The position numbers and the translations under genes are program-made. A stretch of 43,551 nucleotides of DNA from a virus. Its lineage: Duplodnaviria; Caudoviricetes. Each line of letters starts with the position of its first letter. Position 1 is the stretch's first letter. The DNA lies in the IMG/VR virus record IMGVR_UViG_3300020045_004267, positions 1 to 43,551 of that record. One strand, 5' to 3'. Positions 30,074-39,070 of this stretch are shown here, in pieces. Below the pieces are notes generated by a model. That model had not been told where the DNA came from. It worked only from the letters and a program-made list of their open reading frames with translations, and did not search any database.

Positions 30074-31282
30074 ATAATCGACCTGACCAACGCGCATGAT
30101 CACGCCATCCATGCCGTACTTGGGCCAGTTCATCTTGACCACGCTGCCGGGTGTGATGTCCCAAGCGTTGCGGTTCACGACAGCATCACAACTCATAAGC
30201 GGGGCCGACGCCACTCGAAGATCACGGGCGGCAAGGCGCATCGCCAACTCGGAATTGCGAATACCGGCATATTCCCGGCTGTCGCTCACAACCGATCCTT
30301 GGGCTGCGATGTTGGCGAGATCCTGTATTTGGACCGTCTCAGTTTCTTCGTTCACCGGATTGGTCCAAGTGACGATGATTTCGTTGATCGTCTCGCCCCA
30401 TAGCTTGCGCTGATAGCCGCTGACCGTGGCGTTGCCGGGGTTGATCTCGAACAGGTCGTCAGGGTCATAGTCATCGCGGATCAGCTTGGGCGTCAGCAAA
30501 CCAGTGCGAGGATTCAAGAACATCACCGCCCCGATGTGCCCGAGGATCGTGCCGATGAAGTCTTCCGCGCTTGCCTGCTGCGACCAGAGCAAAGACATGC
30601 CGAAGCCTTCATCGAACAAGGTCTGCGCACAAGCCTCAAAAGCGTCAGTGTCAAGCGATCCTGGTGCTGTCCCGATGCCCCAATCGGTATTGGTCAACAC
30701 CTCGTAAGCGATGTGCATTCCATTGGCGTCAGGGCCGATCATAGCCGTTTCTTCTGGCAGACCCTTGGGACGACGCCGCACAGTGACCCAAGCAGGCTGG
30801 ATATAGGGCGAGTTGGCTTGCCAATAGAAACCGTTGCCGCTTCCCAGAGTACCGCCAAAGATGTTGACGAAGATCGCTTCGGCCAAGCTGAAGTCGCCTT
30901 CGCCGACCGGCGCGGTGGTATCGACAACCGGGAAGTTCAATTCGCTGCCGCCCGCTGTGAAGAACAGCGAAGTCAAGCCGCGATAGGCGGGTGCCGTGGC
31001 CGAGGTCAGCCCGAGTTTGGCCGACAGGTATTCACCCAGAACCTGTGTCGAGTTTCCCGGCAGATAGGTCATCAGGCCGCGAACGCCACCCTCTTTCTTG
31101 ACGCCGCCAAACAGATCACTCTTGTCGATCATCACATGCGTCGGGACAGTCAATTCGCCCGACCATGCTTCCTTTTCACCGACGAAAAGTGAGAGGAACG
31201 CATCGACGGGCCCGGCGCAAACGCCATAGTGAATCGACATATAGTATTCGACTACTTCGACCTTTGGCTTCTTACTGCCCAC
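30071..31282 (-). pseudogene. Tail tip / central fibre (gpJ-like) N-terminal ~400 aa, inverted and truncated
   Basis: MGSKK, CAGPVD, FGGVKKEGG, PAYRG, LTNTDWG, KLIRDDY, AARDL; ends at MRVGQVDYG. Confidence 0.8.
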
Positions 31283-31475
31283 GCGATGACCTCACATTCG
31301 ATACAGCTTTGATCGCCATTGCATCGCCCGTCGCAAGCAGGCTTTCAGGTTCGATCCCGTCGCGCAGAAACGCTTTGAAGTCCAGACCGTATTCAGCAAA
31401 CCAACGACGCTGGCCGCTGGCACAGATGCCAAGCCGACGCAGATCGGACACGGTGATATTCGGCTCAGAGGTCAT
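31272..31475 (-). CDS. Small tail assembly protein (inverted segment)
   Basis: ITVSDLR..GICASGQRRWF...GLDF..FLRDGI...L.ATGD, typical of the gene preceding the tip protein. Confidence 0.8.
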   Translation of the reverse strand: MTSEPNITVSDLRRLGICASGQRRWFAEYGLDFKAFLRDGIEPESLLATGDAMAIKAVSNVRSSRGQ

Positions 31476-31699
31476 CAGCCTTTGACCTTGAACTTGGAAT
31501 AGCGCTTCTCACCGAACCACAGGCAGTTGACACTTTTAATCGTGATTGTGCCAAATGCGACCGGGTAAGGCTTACCGGCGTCAGCGGTAGGATCGTCAAT
31601 GTTGGTGATCTCGGGTGACGTGATCTTGGGCTTCGGCATGATCAGATAGGCGACGACCGAAAGTGCCACACTCAGAAGGAAACTCAGAAAGAATGCCAT
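31475..31699 (-). CDS. Small tail assembly protein (inverted segment)
   Basis: Hydrophobic N-terminus, PKPK, PTADAGKPYPVAFGT..I...NCLWFG; GAGG RBS. Confidence 0.8.
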   Translation of the reverse strand: MAFFLSFLLSVALSVVAYLIMPKPKITSPEITNIDDPTADAGKPYPVAFGTITIKSVNCLWFGEKRYSKFKVKG

Positions 31700-31745
31700 G
31701 CTGTCACCTCGTCAGATGCTGCTCGATAGCACAGGCGCCAGTCGT

Positions 31746-31990
31746 TCAATAGAACTGATTCAAGCGTCCGATAGGGTTTTTGTTGGGGATGAAAGCGCAC
31801 CCGCCAAAGTTGTTCATGTTGTTGTGGATCGTATGGCAATCGGTATCAGGGTCAAGTCCGATGCCGCCTTCGGCCAAAATCAAACTGCGATTGCATCCCA
31901 AAACCATATTGACCGTCATACCTGCCGACAGGTCGCGGGTGATCCCGGCCAGAGTCACCAGCCTGTAATCCGATGGATCGGCGACGGTGC
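31746..31990 (-). pseudogene. C-terminal fragment of DUF2163/BR0599-like tail protein
   Basis: LGCNRS...C...HNNMNNFGG..FIP.KNP C-terminal signature; the N-terminal part is absent; left boundary approximate. Confidence 0.75.
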
Positions 31991-32059
31991 CCGTTCGATA
32001 AGACTTCCTGCAAACCTGCCACCATGCTAAACCGTCGCCACATTCGATAAGAGGTCAAT

Positions 32060-33385
32060 ATGCCCGAACCCCGCACCCTTCCCGGCATTGGATTGACCGG
32101 CGCATGGCCGCTCGGCAGCGACGGGTGGAAGCCTGCGATGGACCTCAACCTCATCACGTTGTCGGCGGTGACGCAGCTTGTCGTGGCGTCCTATGTGACG
32201 GCCCTGCCGGGAAGCCCGACTGACGGTATGATCTATCTGGTGCCAGCGGGAGCGGGCGCAAACGCTCATAAGGTTGCAATCCGCGACGAGGGTGTTTGGG
32301 TTTATGTGACGCCGCGTGAAGGCTGGATCGCATGGGTGCTGGACACTGACACGCAATGGCGCTTCGACGGGGCGGCTTGGATCGAGAACGCTGGATCGGG
32401 CGGCGGCGCTGGCATCTTGTCGGGCACTGTCGATCCGACCACCGAAGGCGTTGACGGTGAGTTCTATCTCAACACCACCACGACCACCTTGTTCGGCCCC
32501 AAAGCTGCTGGTGTTTGGCCTGCTGGTGTGCCGCTGATTGGCCCGCCCGGTACTGACGGCGATGACGGGGCACCCGGCGCACCTGGGGTTGACGGTGACG
32601 ATGGCGCACCTGGGGCACCCGGAGCCAACGGTCTTAACGTGCTGCACGGAACTGTCGCACCGACCACCCAAGGCGTTGACGGTGAGTTCTTCATCAACAC
32701 CACGACCTCGATGCTGTATGGCCCGAAGGCTGGCGGTGTTTGGCCTGCTGGTGTGTCCTTGATCGGCCCGGCCGGTACACCTTACCCTGTTGCGACGGTA
32801 TCGACCAAGACGGCCAACTATAACACTGTCAGCGCCGACTTCTCGGGTAACAAGACCATCCGAATGCAGATGGTTGCCGACAATACCCTGACGGTTGACG
32901 CAGGCATGAGCGGCATCGAACCCCTTCGCGTCTATCAGCAATCAACCGGGTCGACTCTGATCGTGGCCGGTGCTGGCGTGACCATCTATTCTGCGGCGGG
33001 TATGCGCCTTCGCAAGCAGTACAGCATGGTCACGCTGACTCGGATCAATACCGATGTGTATTTCCTGAGCGGCGATCTGATGGACTATTTTGGCGTTGTC
33101 AGCAAGACAGCCAACTATGCGACCGTCAACGCCGACTTCGGCGGTGATCGCCTCATCCGAATGAACCTTGCAGGGGCCAACACTTTCACGGTCGATCCCA
33201 GTATGGCGAACGGCGAGCCGCTGGCTGTCACGCAAGCCGGGGCCGGTCAGACAACCATCGTGGCCGGTGCTGGTGTGACTCTGGTATCCTCGAACGGCTT
33301 GAAGCTGCGGGCACAAAACTCGGTTGCCACCATTATGAAGATCGGCGCCGACAGCTACCTCGTCAGCGGGGATCTCACGGTATGA
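32060..33385 (+). CDS. Tail fibre-like protein (DUF2793-like N-terminus, collagen-like repeats)
   Basis: P.DG..YLV...W.YVTPREGW.AWV; GXY repeats; two internally duplicated modules; GAGG RBS. Confidence 0.8.
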   Translation: MPEPRTLPGIGLTGAWPLGSDGWKPAMDLNLITLSAVTQLVVASYVTALPGSPTDGMIYLVPAGAGANAHKVAIRDEGVWVYVTPREGWIAWVLDTDTQWRFDGAAWIENAGSGGGAGILSGTVDPTTEGVDGEFYLNTTTTTLFGPKAAGVWPAGVPLIGPPGTDGDDGAPGAPGVDGDDGAPGAPGANGLNVLHGTVAPTTQGVDGEFFINTTTSMLYGPKAGGVWPAGVSLIGPAGTPYPVATVSTKTANYNTVSADFSGNKTIRMQMVADNTLTVDAGMSGIEPLRVYQQSTGSTLIVAGAGVTIYSAAGMRLRKQYSMVTLTRINTDVYFLSGDLMDYFGVVSKTANYATVNADFGGDRLIRMNLAGANTFTVDPSMANGEPLAVTQAGAGQTTIVAGAGVTLVSSNGLKLRAQNSVATIMKIGADSYLVSGDLTV

Positions 33386-34005
33386 ATGTTCACATAGCCG
33401 GGATTATCGCTTCCAGCCTGGTGACGGCTGCACCTGCTGTGACGACATGGAATCCGGCTGACAAGCATCCCTCGATCACTCTTTCGAACAGTGACAAATC
33501 CTATCAGGAAGCAACAGCAGCAGGTTGGCTTTCTGTCAGGTCAACGACTTCGAAGACATCCGGCAAGTGGTATTATGAAGTCCGTTTCGATACCGCTGCC
33601 AATTTCTCTGACTATGGATTCGGCAATTCTGCTGCTGGTTTGGCGGGCTATCCCGGTCAAAACACCAACTCTGTTGGCGTAGTCAGCAACGGGGAAGTGT
33701 TCAGAAACGGCTCTCTTGGTCTGCTTATGAGCAGTTTCACGACAGGCGATGTTGTTTGCTTGGCCTTGGATATTGCCAATTTCAAATTCTGGGTCAGGAA
33801 GAACGGCGGGGCTTGGAACAACCTGCAAGGCGGCACTCAAGACCCTGCGACAAACCAAGGCGGTCAAGCACTCGCATCGGCTATGACTGGTGCCATTTTC
33901 TGCATGGGCGGCACAAGCAACACCGCAACCCGGCAAACAGGTCGTTGGGCGGCTGCTGACTTCTCGTACAGCCCGCCTTCCGGCTTCTTGGCCTGGGGTT
34001 CCTGA
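33382..34005 (+). CDS. SPRY/B30.2-like beta-sandwich protein, putative receptor binding
   Basis: TWNPADK..ITLSN, SGKWYYEV, GDVVCLALD, WVRKNG.W, F.YSPPSGF. Confidence 0.75.
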   Translation: MNVHIAGIIASSLVTAAPAVTTWNPADKHPSITLSNSDKSYQEATAAGWLSVRSTTSKTSGKWYYEVRFDTAANFSDYGFGNSAAGLAGYPGQNTNSVGVVSNGEVFRNGSLGLLMSSFTTGDVVCLALDIANFKFWVRKNGGAWNNLQGGTQDPATNQGGQALASAMTGAIFCMGGTSNTATRQTGRWAAADFSYSPPSGFLAWGS

Positions 34006-34088
34006 TCCAAAATTTCAGGTATGGTTGTCGACTCGCCTTTAGGTTAAGTTGGGATCAATCAATATGATTCCCCAACCTGGAGAACGCA

Positions 34089-34346
34089 ATGAAAACGACT
34101 GCCAACCTGAATCTGCCGCTCGCTTTGTCCGGTCATGTGCCCATGAAGCAGAGCGTTGAACGCGCTTTCAACATCCTTGATGAAGCCATGGGTCCGGGCT
34201 TCGGCACAGCCGTCGAGTTCGATCCTGTCGCCACGGCGAACGCTTCCGATCTGGCGACGGCTATCGCACTTGTGAACGCCTTGAAGGTCCGGGTCAACGA
34301 GATGACCGGGATCGCATTCGTGACACGCGATGTTGTTCCCGGCTGA
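34089..34346 (+). CDS. Hypothetical (possible fibre/structural) protein
   Basis: GGAG RBS; A.DLATAIALVNALK motif. Confidence 0.65.
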   Translation: MKTTANLNLPLALSGHVPMKQSVERAFNILDEAMGPGFGTAVEFDPVATANASDLATAIALVNALKVRVNEMTGIAFVTRDVVPG

Positions 34347-34351
34347 ATCCA

Positions 34352-34786
34352 ATGAGATTCGCAGATGTGATTTTGCAGCACGGGCGAGCGCTTGAATGGC
34401 TCACCAGTGCTGCCCTTATGGCCTTCGCTCTGACGCTCTGGTTGCCGGGGAATACCTTGGGAACACCAGCATTCGCCGGGTTCACTCAATTCGGCATCAC
34501 AGAGGTAACGCTCGCTGTCCCGTTGGCGATAGTGGCAACAATGCGAATGGTCGCGCTTATGATCAACGGGATGTGGCGGCGTTCGCCCATCCTTCGGATG
34601 CTGGGTGCAATCTTCGGATTGGCTTGCTTCGCTACCCTGACGCTGATGATCGCTTGGCCCTTCTTCACTGGTTCTGCTGCCGCACCCTCGACCGGCATCG
34701 GGACTTACGCGCTTCTAGCAGGCGCGGATTTCATCGCAGCATACAGGTCAGGCGCAGATGTGGGACAAAATTCAAGCCGTGAGTGA
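34352..34786 (+). CDS. Multi-pass membrane protein, putative holin
   Basis: About 4 hydrophobic segments; upstream of endolysin. Confidence 0.6.
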   Translation: MRFADVILQHGRALEWLTSAALMAFALTLWLPGNTLGTPAFAGFTQFGITEVTLAVPLAIVATMRMVALMINGMWRRSPILRMLGAIFGLACFATLTLMIAWPFFTGSAAAPSTGIGTYALLAGADFIAAYRSGADVGQNSSRE

Positions 34787-35066
34787 ACAGGATTGGGCAT
34801 GGATCGGGACGGTAATCGGCTCGGTCGCGCTTGGTCTGATGGCAGCACTTCGAGGGATGAAGAAGACCCCGGCTCAGGTCGGGCTTCCCGTCACCGTACC
34901 TTTGAACGCCTGTGACTCCACACCCCTCATCACAGAAACCCGGCGCGATATTGGCCGGGTTATTTCCTATCTCGAAGACCATGAGAAAAAGATGGACTTG
35001 CAGCGCGATACGCTGCACTTGATTCACGTTGACACTCAAGTCATTCGCTCACGCAAAGGGGATTGA
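34758..35066 (+). CDS. Single-TM protein, putative holin/antiholin
   Basis: N-terminal TM then helical tail; directly before endolysin. Confidence 0.55.
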   Translation: MWDKIQAVSEQDWAWIGTVIGSVALGLMAALRGMKKTPAQVGLPVTVPLNACDSTPLITETRRDIGRVISYLEDHEKKMDLQRDTLHLIHVDTQVIRSRKGD

Positions 35067-35068
35067 GC

Positions 35069-36013
35069 ATGGAATGGAAAGGCCAAGGCGAGCCTGCGAC
35101 CGCTGCTGACTTTGAAGCGACCGCTCAGATGCTGAACGTCGAAGAACGTGTGATCCGGGCTATCTGGATGGTCGAAGCATCGGGCGAGCCTTTCCGCGAT
35201 GATGGCTCGCTGACGCGCCGGTTCGAACCGCACAAGCTGAAGAAGCCTGTCGGAAATTGGCGCACCTCGATGAACATGAGCGAGAAGGATCGCAACGCAG
35301 CATTCAGCAAAGCCTACGCTGCCGATCCCGAAGACGCCATCCGTGCGACAAGCTGGGGTGGGCCGCAGATCATGGGCTTCAACTATGCCGACTCGGGCTA
35401 CACCTCGGCCCGTCAGATGGTGACAGACTTCGCCAAGGGTGAGGGTCAGCAGCTTCGCGCCTTCGCCCGCCTGATCAAAGCCTGGGGGATCGACAGCGCC
35501 CTTCGCGCCCATGATTGGCTGCGCTTTGCCCTGCGCTACAATGGCAATGCGAACGGCAAGGCTTATGCCACCAAGATCGAAAGCGCATACCGCAAGCTGG
35601 GTGGCGCACCGTCGCCGGTCGTTCTGCGCGTCGGGTCGTCCGGTGAGGCCGTGAAGCGGTTGCAGATGGCCCTTGGTATCAAGGTCGATGGCAGCTTCGG
35701 TGACGAGACTCGAGTCGAAGTGATCCGCTTCCAAGAGCAGATGGGATTGACGCCTGACGGCATCGTCGGGGCCGTGACCTGGCAGAAGCTGCAAGGCTTC
35801 ACCAACGTCAAGCCGAAGGTGCAAGAGACCAAGCGCGACACTGTTGCGACGGTCGGCGAATACGCGGCCATCGGATCGACCGCAGCGGGCGCTATCGCAA
35901 CCGTTGGTGCAGCCCTACCCGAGTCCACCATGAACCTGCTGATCGGTTTCGGCGGGCTGGGTCTGATCGCCTTCCTCGGGCTGACCTTTTACCGCAGATC
36001 GAGGAATGTCTGA
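35069..36013 (+). CDS. Endolysin: N-acetylmuramidase (DUF3380-like) + PG-binding domain + C-terminal hydrophobic helices
   Basis: VEASG, FEPH, TSWGGPQIMGFN, FALRYNG; LRVGSSGEAVKRLQ..DG.FG..FQ..GL.PDGIVG.VTW. Confidence 0.9.
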   Translation: MEWKGQGEPATAADFEATAQMLNVEERVIRAIWMVEASGEPFRDDGSLTRRFEPHKLKKPVGNWRTSMNMSEKDRNAAFSKAYAADPEDAIRATSWGGPQIMGFNYADSGYTSARQMVTDFAKGEGQQLRAFARLIKAWGIDSALRAHDWLRFALRYNGNANGKAYATKIESAYRKLGGAPSPVVLRVGSSGEAVKRLQMALGIKVDGSFGDETRVEVIRFQEQMGLTPDGIVGAVTWQKLQGFTNVKPKVQETKRDTVATVGEYAAIGSTAAGAIATVGAALPESTMNLLIGFGGLGLIAFLGLTFYRRSRNV

Positions 36014-36246
36014 TGTGGGGATGGTTCATCGGCACGAGGATCGGTCGATGGGCTTCCTTGGCCGGGGCTGTCATGCTGGCGGTGATGTCGGCATGGTTTC
36101 TCGGCCGGGCAGCGAAAGGTCGGGAAGCCGAAGGTGAACGCCTCAAGGAGTATGTCGATACCCGGTCGAAGATGGACCGGGCCGACATCTCCCGTGGCAA
36201 TCCTGACGATGATCTTGATTGGCTGAAGAACAGGAGTCAAAGATGA
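36013..36246 (+). CDS. Putative inner-membrane spanin
   Basis: N-terminal TM, follows endolysin. Confidence 0.6.
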   Translation: MWGWFIGTRIGRWASLAGAVMLAVMSAWFLGRAAKGREAEGERLKEYVDTRSKMDRADISRGNPDDDLDWLKNRSQR

Positions 36247-36443
36247 GAAAGCAGCATATCTTCTGGTGGGGAGTACCGTTTATCGGACTCGCGGCCTGCA
36301 CACCCACCAGTCAGATTGGAGTTTGCGATGGCACGGAAGCGGCGCGTTCGAACCATGCGACGGCATTGGTCGAAGATGGTGGGCCGCAAAGTCGGGCGAC
36401 GGGGCGTGACCTCATCGCGTTGATCGACTCAGGTTGCCCCTGA
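36243..36443 (+). CDS. Putative outer-membrane spanin (lipoprotein)
   Basis: Lipobox LAAC after a short signal peptide; two further Cys; ATGA overlap. Confidence 0.7.
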   Translation: MRKQHIFWWGVPFIGLAACTPTSQIGVCDGTEAARSNHATALVEDGGPQSRATGRDLIALIDSGCP

Positions 36444-36665
36444 TCAGACTCGCTGATCAAGGACATGCCATTGTTGGCGCTTCGCCATCTTGATCATCAC
36501 ACTCAGATCAAGCATAGCGCCAACAGTAAACAAGGCTGCGACTGCCAGCCACAACCCACCCCACACAATCATCAGCGCGACAACGGCTGTCTGCAAGACG
36601 ATGCAGGCGAAGTGAAATTGTGCTGTACTTACGACCATATAGGCGGTCAGCAGGAAATTGCGCAT
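36444..36665 (-). CDS. Small membrane protein
   Basis: Two hydrophobic segments; TGATG overlap with the MTase gene. Confidence 0.55.
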   Translation of the reverse strand: MRNFLLTAYMVVSTAQFHFACIVLQTAVVALMIVWGGLWLAVAALFTVGAMLDLSVMIKMAKRQQWHVLDQRV

Positions 36666-38095
36666 CAGTTGACTCCAAATCCGAGTGCTTTGAGATAATC
36701 AAGCCCGTCAGGGGTAACGTCCGATTGCCCGAAGCGTTCCATCAAGAATGACAGATACTCGTCTTCGGCTTCCATGAGGATGCAGTCGAAGCCTTCTCGC
36801 CCGGCCGCGACCGCAGTTGTGCCACTTCCAGCAAAAGGGTCAAGAACTATTCCACCAGGCGGCGTGATGTGGCGCACCAGATACTGCATCAGGGCGATGG
36901 GTTTGACTGTCGGATGCTTCGATCCTGCCCGGTCTTCCTTGCCCGCTTTGGCGCTATAGAACAGCGGGTCCATGTCGGGCCGGGTGCGACAAACATGATC
37001 GGTCCCGTGGTGATCACAACCTTCATCCTCGCACAATTCCTCGATAGGGAAGTGATGGAAGAAGCGAGCCGTCGAACCCTCGTCAGCATAGCCGACCTCA
37101 ACGCGACCGTTCAGGCCCAGATCGCCCGACATGCTCAGACTCTCAGCCACCGCGCGCCGGGTGCCGGGTTTGCCGCTCTTGCCAGCCGGGAACATGCTGA
37201 CGACCTCGGGGCTACCGTCAAGGATCAGGTTCGATGGATAGCGGCCCTCGGGCTGCACAAACTCACCAGCGCCGCCCCGCCGCCAAGCATTGCCCGCTTC
37301 CTCACCCCATAGGTTTTCACGTTCGGTCGGCTTGATCGCATAGGCACCGCCATTCAGGTTGTCAGTGCTTGGCACCCTGCACCCGTTGACGTTGATCGCA
37401 CCGACGCCGTGCTTGAGCATGTTGGCCGCGCCGGTCTTCTCGCTGAACGGCTTCTGGCCCAGATAGATCGGCTCAAGCGCGGGCTTCTGCGCCTGGGTGC
37501 CATAGGCCCACCCTTCCCATCGCGCAGCTTCGGGTGTGACCGGCTTGTCATCATAGACTGGGAAATCCCATGTCTCTCGACCCTGCTGACCATGTTCCAC
37601 GTTGGACTTTGCGAACCCCGGGGCTTTCTGTTGACCTACCACTTCGCGCGTGATGCCCATGGTCCGATCAATGGCCTTACTTGCATTGTGAGCCTTCGGG
37701 AAGCCGGTGCCGAACACCCAGCCGTGCATCGGGTGCATGATGAACCCGGCCATCTCCATCGCACATGCTTGCCAGTGCCCGGTACGCGATCCGCTGAATG
37801 CGAAGACATAGCCGCCCGGCAAAAGGATCTCGTACAGCAGCGCCCAGAACTCGGGATCACGTTCGATGCCGCTGCCGTCCCATAGCTTGCCCATGAACCC
37901 GCCTGACAGGCGCCCGAAGCTGCCATCGTTGCCGTTGGCCCGTGCCGGTGCGCTGCCTTCCTTGCCGAAGCGCTTGGTGACGCTGACAAGGCCATATGGC
38001 GGGTCTGTGACGATGCTATGCACCCGCACACCGCTGTCGATGAGACGTCGAAGCGATTCACGATTATCGCCGGCGTGTATGGTCACTTGGTTCAT
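36665..38095 (-). CDS. DNA amino-methyltransferase (N6A/N4C, beta class)
   Basis: TDPPY near N-terminus; HPTVKP and LDPFAGSGTT near C-terminus. Confidence 0.92.
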   Translation of the reverse strand: MNQVTIHAGDNRESLRRLIDSGVRVHSIVTDPPYGLVSVTKRFGKEGSAPARANGNDGSFGRLSGGFMGKLWDGSGIERDPEFWALLYEILLPGGYVFAFSGSRTGHWQACAMEMAGFIMHPMHGWVFGTGFPKAHNASKAIDRTMGITREVVGQQKAPGFAKSNVEHGQQGRETWDFPVYDDKPVTPEAARWEGWAYGTQAQKPALEPIYLGQKPFSEKTGAANMLKHGVGAINVNGCRVPSTDNLNGGAYAIKPTERENLWGEEAGNAWRRGGAGEFVQPEGRYPSNLILDGSPEVVSMFPAGKSGKPGTRRAVAESLSMSGDLGLNGRVEVGYADEGSTARFFHHFPIEELCEDEGCDHHGTDHVCRTRPDMDPLFYSAKAGKEDRAGSKHPTVKPIALMQYLVRHITPPGGIVLDPFAGSGTTAVAAGREGFDCILMEAEDEYLSFLMERFGQSDVTPDGLDYLKALGFGVN

Positions 38096-38102
38096 GCGGT
38101 CC

Positions 38103-38861
38103 TCATATCAAATCGTCGTTGACTCGAGTCTGGATCGCTTCCAGTTCCCTCGTCGTGCGTTTCATGGTCTCGATCACTGTTTTGACCGCGCCCCAGGTTT
38201 CGGTCAGACCCAGCTTCTGAATTGCTTTGACTGCCTGTGCAATGCGCTTGATCTCGAAGATGGTCATATCGCCGAAGATCTCACGATAGGCTTCAAGTTC
38301 GTTGGCTGCTTCACCATGACGACTGCGATGCGCTTCCAATGCGCGCAGGATCGCCGAACGGGTCTGTTCCTCATGCTGTCTGCGCATACTCGTGACAGCC
38401 TTGTCAGCAGCTTCCCTGATCACATCCTCACCCGGCGCACCAGCACGGCGCAACATGGATGCGATGAAGCCTCTGGTGAGCGTTACGGGCGTCAATGCCG
38501 GGGCTTGCTTGACGGTCCTGATGCTGGTGCCATCGAAGGTCATCAAGCCCCATGTCTCGGGCAATTCCGACGCTTTCACCATCCCGGTCGGAGTCACCAG
38601 ACTCCAACGGTCACAAAATTGGAAGACGGCTTGTGCTTTCGTCGGATCGCGCATCTCGTTGAGGAAGTCACCCCGGCTGACTTTGATCTCGAAACCGTGG
38701 ATCATGTACCCGTTGGAAGGCCAGATGCCCATTGCCACCGCGTCAGCGCTGCGAGAAGCCCTTGTGCCGGTATCGTCGGCCACCTCGTACAGCATTTGCC
38801 AGCCGGGCGCAGGAAACGGCCCTCTCAGTGCCGCTTTGATCATCGCCGATGTCACTTGCAT
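38103..38861 (-). CDS. PD-(D/E)XK nuclease-like (MmcB-like) protein
   Basis: EV...R.ADAVAMG.WPS...HGFEIKVSRGDF, ELPETWGL. Confidence 0.65.
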   Translation of the reverse strand: MQVTSAMIKAALRGPFPAPGWQMLYEVADDTGTRASRSADAVAMGIWPSNGYMIHGFEIKVSRGDFLNEMRDPTKAQAVFQFCDRWSLVTPTGMVKASELPETWGLMTFDGTSIRTVKQAPALTPVTLTRGFIASMLRRAGAPGEDVIREAADKAVTSMRRQHEEQTRSAILRALEAHRSRHGEAANELEAYREIFGDMTIFEIKRIAQAVKAIQKLGLTETWGAVKTVIETMKRTTRELEAIQTRVNDDLI

Positions 38862-39070
38862 AGCTGATCCCGCGCTGCCCGTTTGATCGCGGCTCTTGCA
38901 TTATCAGTCTCGCGTTTGCTTTTCATTCGCGGCGCACCACGGGACAGGACCATTATCATCCGACCTTGCATGTAAATCTTCCAGTGCTTCTTCCCTGCGA
39001 CCGCTTCCCAAGGTAGCCCGGTGGCATCCAAGTCTGGCCGAAGAACCTCAACCCAGTCGCTCTTGCTCAT
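38852..39070 (-). CDS. Small hypothetical protein, HicA-like fold possible
   Basis: GKKHWKIY...helix pattern; ATGA overlap. Confidence 0.6.
   Translation of the reverse strand: MSKSDWVEVLRPDLDATGLPWEAVAGKKHWKIYMQGRMIMVLSRGAPRMKSKRETDNARAAIKRAARDQLCK

Noticed and set aside
30074-30403. C-terminal 110 aa of the 430-aa ORF 29111-30403
   Set aside because: Antisense read-through of the inverted gpJ-like gene, not real tail protein sequence
30071-32000. Mu/P1-type invertible host-range switch or shufflon
   Set aside because: No flanking inverted repeats beyond a 7-bp chance match, no invertase in the window, and re-inversion does not rebuild intact genes
32060-34005. Diversity-generating retroelement TR/VR pair
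   Set aside because: The duplications differ at all base types and are in-frame domains; no reverse transcriptase gene seen
21790-34050. TTTAGGTT as a shared late promoter (near 21799 and 34038)
   Set aside because: Only two short copies; not distinguishable from chance
38852-39070. HicAB toxin-antitoxin system
   Set aside because: Only a weak HicA-like pattern and no HicB-like neighbour
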